Shown in pieces: positions 46,571-53,858 of a stretch of 64,000 bases of DNA. Within the stretch, counting starts at the first letter, position 1; every line of letters starts with the position of its first letter. The notes below the pieces were generated by a model, which made no database searches, was not told where the DNA came from, and saw only the letters and a program-made list of their open reading frames with translations. The position numbers and the translations under genes were made by a program. Source of the stretch: Bacteroidota bacterium (GTDB lineage Bacteria > Bacteroidota > Bacteroidia > Chitinophagales > Chitinophagaceae); NCBI GenBank assembly GCA_023418315.1, contig JAEZZY010000019.1, positions 11,574-75,573 on the forward strand. The letters run 5' to 3'.

Positions 46571-47590
46571 ATGGAAAACCGGATAGCAACTCCTTCTTTG
46601 GATGCCTCAGCCTCTATACAACAACTCATCGCGCAAATCGAAAAAGTGATACGGGGAAAACGCCCCCAGATAGAGCGGGTGATTACCTGCCTGCTTGCCG
46701 GTGGGCATATTCTTATGGAAGATAACCCCGGCACAGGGAAAACCGTGCTGGCAAAGACGCTGGCGCAATGTGTGAGCAACTCATCCGCACCGCTTTCCGA
46801 AGTGCTTTCTCAAAAAGAAGAAAAAGGAGGCGCTGTCTTCAAACGCATTCAGTTCACGCCGGATTTATTGCCTATGGACCTGATCGGCACGCACATATTC
46901 GATGACCGCAGCAAGGAATTTATATTCAAACACGGTCCTTTGTTTTGCAATGTATTGCTGGCTGATGAAATCAACCGCGCCTCGCCTAAGGTGCAAAGCG
47001 CTTTGCTGGAAGCAATGGCCGAGCATCAGGTAACCGTGGGCGATACCACCCTGAAGCTGGAAAAAATGTTTTTTACCATCGCTACGCAAAACCCGATAGA
47101 GATGGAAGGTACTTACCCGCTTCCTGCCGCGCAGCTCGACCGCTTTTTCATGAAAATCATCTTTGGCTATGTGGATGAAGAAACGGAAATGAATATCTAC
47201 CGGGATTATGTGCATATAGCCGATAACCTCGTGGAGCTGAAACAAGTGCTTAGCCTAAACGATATCCTGATGCTGCAACAGCAAGCGGAAGAAGTGTACC
47301 TGCACGAAGAAATCATAAAAGCGGTAACGCATATCGTGCGGGATACGAGAACGCACCCCGATATAGCGCTGGGGGCATCTACACGTAGCGGCATCTCTTT
47401 TTTGAAATGCCTGAGAGCCTATGCACTGGTAAAAGGAAGAACCTTTGTAATAGAAGATGATGTGAAGGATATTGCCCGGCACGTACTGGATCATAGGCTT
47501 ATCTACCGAAACAAAGACGGCAGAGAAAACGCCCTGAACGGAATCATCCATAAAGAAGTGGAGCGACTGGCGAAGCTGAAGCTGCACTGA
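46571..47590 (+). CDS. MoxR-family AAA+ ATPase
   Basis: Walker A NPGTGKT, FKRIQFTPDLLP, Walker B LLADEINRASPKVQSALLEAMAE, and ATQNP...LPAAQLDRF. Confidence 0.88.
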   Translation: MENRIATPSLDASASIQQLIAQIEKVIRGKRPQIERVITCLLAGGHILMEDNPGTGKTVLAKTLAQCVSNSSAPLSEVLSQKEEKGGAVFKRIQFTPDLLPMDLIGTHIFDDRSKEFIFKHGPLFCNVLLADEINRASPKVQSALLEAMAEHQVTVGDTTLKLEKMFFTIATQNPIEMEGTYPLPAAQLDRFFMKIIFGYVDEETEMNIYRDYVHIADNLVELKQVLSLNDILMLQQQAEEVYLHEEIIKAVTHIVRDTRTHPDIALGASTRSGISFLKCLRAYALVKGRTFVIEDDVKDIARHVLDHRLIYRNKDGRENALNGIIHKEVERLAKLKLH

Positions 47591-47617
47591 TTGAGATAGT
47601 GTTTAAATCGCTCAGAA

Positions 47618-47781
47618 GCAGGAATACTTTCTCCGCAGTTATCTCCAACTTTCATAAAATCATTCACCAAGCGATATCTATACCACCAGTATTTTTGAGT
47701 AGTTTGATAAGGAGTTTGTTGTGCGCTTGCTACAAATGTAGTCTGGAGCAGAACTATAATTAAAGTAATATATTTTTTCAT
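47618..47781 (-). pseudogene. Truncated N-terminal copy of the 845-aa T9SS cargo gene
   Basis: 47618..47718 matches 51516..51616 at 100/101 nt. It has its own start codon and a different signal peptide (MKKYITLIIVLLQTTFVASAQQ). It is then identical through TPYQTTQKYWWYRYRLVNDFMKVGDNCGESIPAS, after which homology stops 28 nt from the moxR stop. Confidence 0.8.
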
Positions 47782-47836
47782 TTGAGAGAATGTTTTTTAA
47801 ATAAATGTGCATAATTCATTTAATTTTACCAATATA

Positions 47837-48012
47837 TTCCTTCCTTAAAATTTGCAAATCTCAGTTGCTGCTCGCTAAGGTATTCGGTCTGTACCTTACA
47901 TTTTTTCCTGCAGGCGCTGCACCCTTCCTAATGAATGCAAAAATTACAATTAGCGGTTTCATTAGCTTTTCATGTTTTTACCCGTTCTCATCTATTTTCT
48001 GTTTCAATTCTT
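47837..48012 (-). pseudogene. Fragment holding the last 11 codons of a tail-fibre-like gene, an intergenic spacer, and the frameshifted first ~40 codons of the 185-aa lipoprotein gene
   Basis: About 90% identical to 52124..52301 with small indels. It encodes MKPLIVIFAFI, then goes out of frame relative to the intact copy. Confidence 0.75.
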
Positions 48013-48060
48013 GTAATTATATAAAGAGTGGCAGGAGTAATTTTTCTCATAAATTACCTT

Positions 48061-48669
48061 TTAGTGAATAATTTTAGCGTCTATAAGATAAAACGTTTTA
48101 TATTCATTGTCCTTTTTTATGGAATATTGTACGATGCCGGATTCCAAAGACATATAAGACCGGAAGTAAAAACCATCCGAAGTTGCTGTAGTTTCATATA
48201 CATGAAAGTAATGCTTGTTTTGCACCTGCAATGATTCATGGTAGGCCACATTGGTATGTAGCACTCCATCATGCCACTTTGCTGTTTCTGTAGCATTGAA
48301 GGGCAATACCAACACTCGACAATATACACCTTTGATCATAGCAATGATTGTATTCATCCAAGGACTATACTGCCCGCAGATAAATCCATGCAAAAGCCAG
48401 TCATTATTACTCCTAAAATGTACATGTATAAATTCGTAATCACCTGTACCCTGAGCCCTATCTTCATATATAGAGTGAGTATGTGCTTCTACGACAACAG
48501 TATCGACAACCCCCGAGGCAGAGTCTTTATATACCAAATAGCTGCTGTCCTGAAGGTTGAGTGCGTTACGCAACCGCTGATCGGTAATGTAATGCTCCTT
48601 TTTTTTGGTACAAGCCGAAAGGAATATAAATAGCAAGATAAACACAAAAGGCGTGAATATTTTCTTCAT
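48061..48669 (-). CDS. Hypothetical lipoprotein, a distant paralog of 51693..52250
   Basis: Lipobox FLSAC. EHYITDQRLRNALNLQDSSYLVYKDSASGVVDTVVV aligns with GEYLSEQQLRFANFKEGSYWIMRDSMTGVMDSFVVV. The 5' UTR and first 6 codons are shared with the tail-fibre-like gene at 52270..52935. Confidence 0.65.
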   Translation of the reverse strand: MKKIFTPFVFILLFIFLSACTKKKEHYITDQRLRNALNLQDSSYLVYKDSASGVVDTVVVEAHTHSIYEDRAQGTGDYEFIHVHFRSNNDWLLHGFICGQYSPWMNTIIAMIKGVYCRVLVLPFNATETAKWHDGVLHTNVAYHESLQVQNKHYFHVYETTATSDGFYFRSYMSLESGIVQYSIKKDNEYKTFYLIDAKIIH

Positions 48670-48723
48670 TTCAACGATTTGTTCACGAATGTAAGAACAA
48701 ATAATTAAAATTTAAAAAATAGG

Positions 48724-48879
48724 TTACTTACGCAGAACCAGTACATCTTGAAAAGTGATTGCGTTTTTTCCATTTCTTTCTGCTGACCAAAACCCTTTTA
48801 TGGATTGTTCAATGGTAAATCCGGATTGCTCCACGTAAGACAATAGATATTTTGTATCGTAGCCTACATTTGCCGATTT
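48724..48879 (-). pseudogene. 3'-terminal remnant (about 52 codons) of a SAM-methyltransferase gene
   Basis: Part of the 227-bp segment 48653..48879, which is about 96% identical to 52874..53100. The 733 bp corresponding to 53101..53833 (including the start and the SAM motif) are missing. Confidence 0.8.
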
Positions 48880-48904
48880 TATTTTTTACATCAGCAAAAC
48901 CACT

Positions 48905-48975
48905 CTATAGGCTCCCATTATTTATTCAACGCATTCAGCACATCGTATTTGGTAAGGATATGGTATTCCCCGCTT
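48905..48975 (-). repeat. Duplicate of the 3' end of the CBS-type PLP enzyme gene and its downstream spacer
   Basis: 71/71 nt identical to 53846..53916, with weaker similarity from 48893. Confidence 0.8.
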
Positions 48976-48991
48976 CTTAGCCGTTACGTTT

Positions 48992-49017
48992 CGTTGTTGG
49001 TCATAAGACCAACAACG
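48992..49017. other. Perfect 11-bp hairpin (no U tract)
   Basis: CGTTGTTGGTC-ataa-GACCAACAACG, 17 nt beyond the duplication boundary and about 130 nt downstream of the 845-aa gene stop. Confidence 0.5.
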
Positions 49018-49144
49018 GCGTAAAAACTATATTTCCCGCAGATAGCGCAGATTTACGCAGAAAGAAAAAGCCTAGTTTTTTTGATAACCCAACAAGCTAC
49101 TGCTATGAACAGTAGAGCATTTTCAAAATAGATACTATTTTACT

Positions 49145-51682
49145 TTATTTCAATATCAGCTTGAAAGAGTGTATGATAATGCCTTTATCCGACGTAATAT
49201 TCAGAAGATAGATACCTTTGGGTTTACCCGACAAATTGAGGTTGTAATTACCTGAAATATTTGTACTCCGCTGTATCAGCTCTCCAAGACTGCTGTAAAC
49301 CGAGATGTAATAATTATTCATTACTGTTTGAATGCGGAAAATGCCGTCGGAAGGGTTAGGAAAAACAGACAGCGTATCAGTAATATTTTTTCTTGAGTTG
49401 TCCTTTTCCTGTAAAGCAGGTGTAGTCTTGAATGCATTATTATTACTATCAGCAGTAAACATTTCTTCCATTTTTTGTATTAAATAATCATCTCCTGACG
49501 TATACACAATATTCATAAGGCTATCCTTATAGTTATTTATCAAATCAATTTCTTCCTGAGTTAGTTCTTCATCATTTCTGTTATCCATTTCGTCTGCATT
49601 ATAATCTGGATTATCTTCAGGCTCTAATTCATATGGGGCTAAGTCTAAAGCATCAATTGTGTCTTGTGTATTGGGAGTTCCATCTGTTGCATTTAGCTCA
49701 TTTTCGTTTCCTCTTCCGAATATACCTGATCCAGTACCAACATCGACTATCGGATGTCCATTTATTTTAGCATAATAATAAATATCTTCATCACAAGAAT
49801 AATCTTTAGCTTGAATTACAATATCACTTCCATTGTCCGCTAAGAACCCAGGTAATAAATCCACAACTTTTGCCCCTCTATATATTACATTACTTCCTGC
49901 GTTATTAATATTTACTAATGATACATATTCTAGAAAACCTAGCTCCAATTTGCGGTTATTACTTCCGATTCCATTAGGATTAGGATACCCGAGTATGGTT
50001 CCCGGATATATCTTATTGAAATTCTCTTTATAATATGGATTCCAATAGTGGGTTAGGTATTCTTTGTCATTAAGGTTGTATAAATTGTACAAATACATAT
50101 AGTCTATGTTGTTATAATCTCCAGGTGGTGATTGGACTGCCCCCCTTTTATCATAATTTTGCGCCCAATCAGGTGATGACCAATACCAATCGCCCCAATT
50201 GTTATTAGTCCCTGAAAAGTTACCTTCATCTGAGTAGTTATAACAACCACAATCCGGTGCTCTGCTAAATAACTCTTTCCAACTTGGTTGGTTAAATTCA
50301 GCAGGATCAATATTTCCCGTTCCATGCCCGATACCAGGCCCACTGATAATGTTGTATATCATAGGATGATGCGGATATTTGATACTATAAAAGCCATAAC
50401 TGCCTTTTTTTATTACTTTTTGAGTACTATTTTTCAGGCAAGGATAGTAAAATGGAAAACTTCCGCATATAGCGGGTTGTTTCCAGTAATTTGCAAAATT
50501 GCTGTAAGCAAAAGCATAGCCAAGATCCCGGCTTGGCCATCCCAAGTTATTAGGCATAAACTGCGTAAGCTGGAATAATGCCTCATAGCTAGGCCCCGTT
50601 AAACCGATTATATTGCTTATATCGCCACTTGAACACGAACCTGTGTATAACGCACTACGCGTTAGTCCTATAGTAGCGCCGACGCCCAGATGTATAATAT
50701 CCGCACCTCCGGCATTACATGTATAATTAGGATCAATACCATAAACACATAATGTGGTCACAGGATTATTTATTTGCCATTTAGGAGTAGATCCTAACCC
50801 GTTATAACTATAAAAGGCGTAATGAACCATTCTAAACAAAGCGTTCCCCGCCTGCTTTGCCAGATTAACTCCATTATAAGTGGCAGTATTAGGCAACAGT
50901 CGTGATGTTAGCCCCATTCCATGATAAAGCTCCACCATCTGATCCTGGCTTTCTTCTTGTGGTACTCTTTTTTTCCAACTCGACCAAGAATTATGATATG
51001 GTTGAATTTGCCCATTAATATTAATTCTATCACCAAACGCTCCAGAACTAACTACCGCAGCATTAACATTTTGTCCTAATCCACCAAAATTATTTCGTCC
51101 AGCTCTATTAAAATGGGCAAAATTAACTTGAACAAAATCAAAATATCCTGTACTCGGGTCGTTATAAATAGGAACATCATCTCTGATAAAAAAGCCGTTC
51201 AAGGGGTCTTTACCTCTTTTGCTTTGGTAAATACCGTTAGGGCTACAAGAATAGGTACCATCAATATCCCAGGAATAATCCTCCGCATTTTTATCAAGCC
51301 GGTCAAAAGCATTTAATGCTTTGGACAACTCCATTAATGTTCTGTTGGTAGATAGACCGCTGCTTGAGAGCATTTTATATTCCGTAGCCAATGCCATAAT
51401 ATAATTGCCTAAATATTGTGTGGCATCACCCCATTCTAATGCTCCATTTTTATATGGATCTACAAACCAGGGATATGCATTCCAATAATAAGTATGTCGT
51501 AGATGTCGCGCACTTGCAGGAATACTTTCTCCGCAGTTATCTCCAACTTTCATAAAATCATTCACCAAGCGATATCTATACCACCAGTATTTTTGAGTAG
51601 TTTGATAAGGGGTTTGCATTTGTTGAGAAAACATCTTGGTGAAAAACAAGAAAAGCAACAAGGAGAAAAATATTTTTTTCAT
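49145..51682 (-). CDS. T9SS type-A sorting-domain protein (845 aa) with a large unassigned N-terminal domain
   Basis: Signal peptide, about 640 aa of W/Y/N/G-rich globular sequence, an acidic linker (PEDNPDYNADEMDNRNDEELTQEE), and a C-terminal LSVFPNPSDGIFRIQ...KGIYLLNITSDKG sorting domain. Confidence 0.75.
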   Translation of the reverse strand: MKKIFFSLLLFLFFTKMFSQQMQTPYQTTQKYWWYRYRLVNDFMKVGDNCGESIPASARHLRHTYYWNAYPWFVDPYKNGALEWGDATQYLGNYIMALATEYKMLSSSGLSTNRTLMELSKALNAFDRLDKNAEDYSWDIDGTYSCSPNGIYQSKRGKDPLNGFFIRDDVPIYNDPSTGYFDFVQVNFAHFNRAGRNNFGGLGQNVNAAVVSSGAFGDRININGQIQPYHNSWSSWKKRVPQEESQDQMVELYHGMGLTSRLLPNTATYNGVNLAKQAGNALFRMVHYAFYSYNGLGSTPKWQINNPVTTLCVYGIDPNYTCNAGGADIIHLGVGATIGLTRSALYTGSCSSGDISNIIGLTGPSYEALFQLTQFMPNNLGWPSRDLGYAFAYSNFANYWKQPAICGSFPFYYPCLKNSTQKVIKKGSYGFYSIKYPHHPMIYNIISGPGIGHGTGNIDPAEFNQPSWKELFSRAPDCGCYNYSDEGNFSGTNNNWGDWYWSSPDWAQNYDKRGAVQSPPGDYNNIDYMYLYNLYNLNDKEYLTHYWNPYYKENFNKIYPGTILGYPNPNGIGSNNRKLELGFLEYVSLVNINNAGSNVIYRGAKVVDLLPGFLADNGSDIVIQAKDYSCDEDIYYYAKINGHPIVDVGTGSGIFGRGNENELNATDGTPNTQDTIDALDLAPYELEPEDNPDYNADEMDNRNDEELTQEEIDLINNYKDSLMNIVYTSGDDYLIQKMEEMFTADSNNNAFKTTPALQEKDNSRKNITDTLSVFPNPSDGIFRIQTVMNNYYISVYSSLGELIQRSTNISGNYNLNLSGKPKGIYLLNITSDKGIIIHSFKLILK

Positions 51683-51692
51683 AGCTAATAAT

Positions 51693-52250
51693 TCATATTC
51701 TAATGTAAGAATGAACTAATTCCCATACCGTTGTATCCGTATGAGCAATCTTTAAAATCTTATTTTTAAAATCCATATAAAGCAAATCGTTTTCACTCAC
51801 ATAAACAGAATCGTATATTTTCCCATTTATTAAATAAGTATTTACAGAACGGTTAAAATTAAAATACGAAATATAATAATAATCACCCTTTGCCTTTCCA
51901 TAAAAAACTTGACTACCGGAGCCATACAAAAACATTTGCCAACTCATACTATCTATTTTAGTATGAGATGCCATGTTATACTCATCAATGTAAAAGGACA
52001 TTATTTCAAATTGATTATAACATCCATCAGATACCTTGGGAGTATTTGCTACTGATCTGCCTGTTTTAACAACGACAAAACTATCCATAACTCCTGTCAT
52101 AGAATCTCTCATTATCCAGTAGCTTCCTTCCTTAAAATTTGCAAATCTCAGTTGCTGCTCGCTAAGGTATTCGCCCCGTACCTTACATTTTTCCCTGCAG
52201 GCGCTGCACCCTATCCAAATGAATGCAAAAATTACAATTAGCGGTTTCAT
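51693..52250 (-). CDS. Hypothetical lipoprotein (185 aa)
   Basis: Lipobox-like IGCSAC. Lies 10 nt upstream of the 845-aa gene. Paralog of 48061..48669. Confidence 0.6.
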   Translation of the reverse strand: MKPLIVIFAFIWIGCSACREKCKVRGEYLSEQQLRFANFKEGSYWIMRDSMTGVMDSFVVVKTGRSVANTPKVSDGCYNQFEIMSFYIDEYNMASHTKIDSMSWQMFLYGSGSQVFYGKAKGDYYYISYFNFNRSVNTYLINGKIYDSVYVSENDLLYMDFKNKILKIAHTDTTVWELVHSYIRI

Positions 52251-52269
52251 TAGATTTTTTATGTTTTTA

Positions 52270-52935
52270 CTATTTCTCTTCTATTTTCTGTTTCAACTCT
52301 TCAATCTCCTTTTGCTGTTGTATTACATAAAGCGTAAGTTCCTCTATTTTTTGCAACAGCTTTGCATCCATTGTTCCCAAGTCCACTCCGTCTTTTATCA
52401 CTTCCTGCGCAGAAGGAATTTCGGGCAAGTGCTTATTTTTCGAAATATAGGTTTGGAGTTCCTTTAAAGGCATCAATTTATATTCAGGCGCAAATACATG
52501 ATCTGCCCAACTGGTAGTGCCTTTTACAGCTACACGCACTTTCTCGGTGAGGATACCTTTTTCTACGTAGAGTTTGTAGTCGCCCGGAGTTGTAACATCT
52601 CCCATTCTCACCTTTGCATCGTTTTGGAAGACGAGGATAGAAAATGTTTTAATTCCTAAAGGGTCTTGGTAGTAAAAACTGAGATCATCTCCATTTTGAG
52701 AATTGTGTAAACCAAAAAAACCATTATTCTGAGTTCTTTTGAATTCAATATAATCACCCCAACCACGTTGTATATCTAGTAAAGATGTGGCAGGAGTTGG
52801 GGCAGAAATTCCAATACCAACGCTTGTATATTGGGCAGAAGCACAAATGCTAGTAGGAAGCAATACTAAAAGAGTGAATATTTTCTTCATTTTAACGATT
52901 TGTTTACGAATGTAAGAACAAATAATTAAAATCAA
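52270..52935 (-). CDS. Secreted tail-fibre-like protein with a conserved Bacteroidota C-terminal module and coiled coil
   Basis: Signal peptide, SVGIGISAPTPATSLLDI (compare the vGIGTtxPxxKLxV motif of tail-fibre-like proteins). The C-terminus reads WADHVFAPEYKLMPLKELQTYISKNKHLPEIPSAQEVIKDGVDLGTMDAKLLQKIEELTLYVIQQQKEIEELKQKIEEK. Confidence 0.6.
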   Translation of the reverse strand: MILIICSYIRKQIVKMKKIFTLLVLLPTSICASAQYTSVGIGISAPTPATSLLDIQRGWGDYIEFKRTQNNGFFGLHNSQNGDDLSFYYQDPLGIKTFSILVFQNDAKVRMGDVTTPGDYKLYVEKGILTEKVRVAVKGTTSWADHVFAPEYKLMPLKELQTYISKNKHLPEIPSAQEVIKDGVDLGTMDAKLLQKIEELTLYVIQQQKEIEELKQKIEEK

Positions 52936-52944
52936 AAAAATAGG

Positions 52945-53751
52945 TTACTTACGCAGAACCAGTACATCTTGAAAAGTGATCGCGCTTTTTCCATTTCTTT
53001 CTGCTGACCAAAACCCTTTTATGGATTGTTCAATGGTAAATCCGCATTGCTCCACGTAAGACAATAGATATTTTATATCGTAGCCTACATTTGCCGATTT
53101 CACTTTCTTGTCCATAAGAGCGTAATGCCCATAATCATATTTAAAGTCAAACTCTTGTCCTTGCATTTTCTTTCGGCTTTCATCATCCAAAATGAAAAAA
53201 GTAGCAACCAGGTATCCGTTAGATTTTAGAATGCGATAGGCTTCTTGCAAATAGTTTTCTACTTCATCGGGTGTCATGTGGGTAAAGACAGATATAGCGC
53301 AAGCCATATCATAGCTATTATCTTTGTAAGGGAAACGATAGGTGGACGCTTTTATCCCGGTAGAGTTATACAAATCATTATACAAGGGCACATAGTGAAA
53401 TGAGAAATTCGGATGCTTGTTCGCAATGTTATCCGTACACCAGTCTATTCCTTTTTTTATCGCATCAAAGCCGTCATATTTTCCGGTTAAGTAGTTACTC
53501 AAGGGAATGGCAATACGCCCAATGCCACTTCCTATATCTAAAAAAACATCTTCTTTTTTTAATCCGCAATTCCGAATAAAAAAATCAACCCAGTCATTTC
53601 CTTGCTTTACAAATTCCTTGTCGCCTGTATATATTAAACCTCGTGGCGGTAATCCTTCTCTTTTACAGAAAACGTCTCTCGGGAAATAGTAAAGTCTTCT
53701 TGCCAAAAAACGTATAGATGGCGGAAGGATGTAGTAAATCTTGCGTAGCAT
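52945..53751 (-). CDS. Class I SAM-dependent methyltransferase
   Basis: Motif I VFLDIGSGIGRIAIPL. ATG 53751 (MLRKIYYILPP) is preferred. The track start at 53859 would overlap the upstream stop as TAATG. Confidence 0.7.
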   Translation of the reverse strand: MLRKIYYILPPSIRFLARRLYYFPRDVFCKREGLPPRGLIYTGDKEFVKQGNDWVDFFIRNCGLKKEDVFLDIGSGIGRIAIPLSNYLTGKYDGFDAIKKGIDWCTDNIANKHPNFSFHYVPLYNDLYNSTGIKASTYRFPYKDNSYDMACAISVFTHMTPDEVENYLQEAYRILKSNGYLVATFFILDDESRKKMQGQEFDFKYDYGHYALMDKKVKSANVGYDIKYLLSYVEQCGFTIEQSIKGFWSAERNGKSAITFQDVLVLRK

Positions 53752-53858
53752 TTTATAACAGCTTCTATAGATAAAAACGAAAAATAAATCACTTATACGG
53801 AATGTTGGGCATCGCTGTTTTCTGCAATTCATTAGCAAAAAACCGCTATAGGCTCCCA

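Noticed and set aside
47805-48633. The + strand ORFs 47805..48071, 48028..48234, 48251..48439 and 48271..48633
   Set aside because: They lie antisense to the lipoprotein paralog and to duplicated pseudogene fragments. They are AT-rich, low-complexity translations.
47618-48975. The decayed copy interpreted as an orphan toxin/immunity cassette array (Rhs/CDI-style)
   Set aside because: In such systems the repeated piece is the conserved region just upstream of a variable C-terminal toxin domain. Here the duplicated piece of the big gene is its extreme N-terminus, no alternative C-terminal domain follows, and no toxin motifs were seen.
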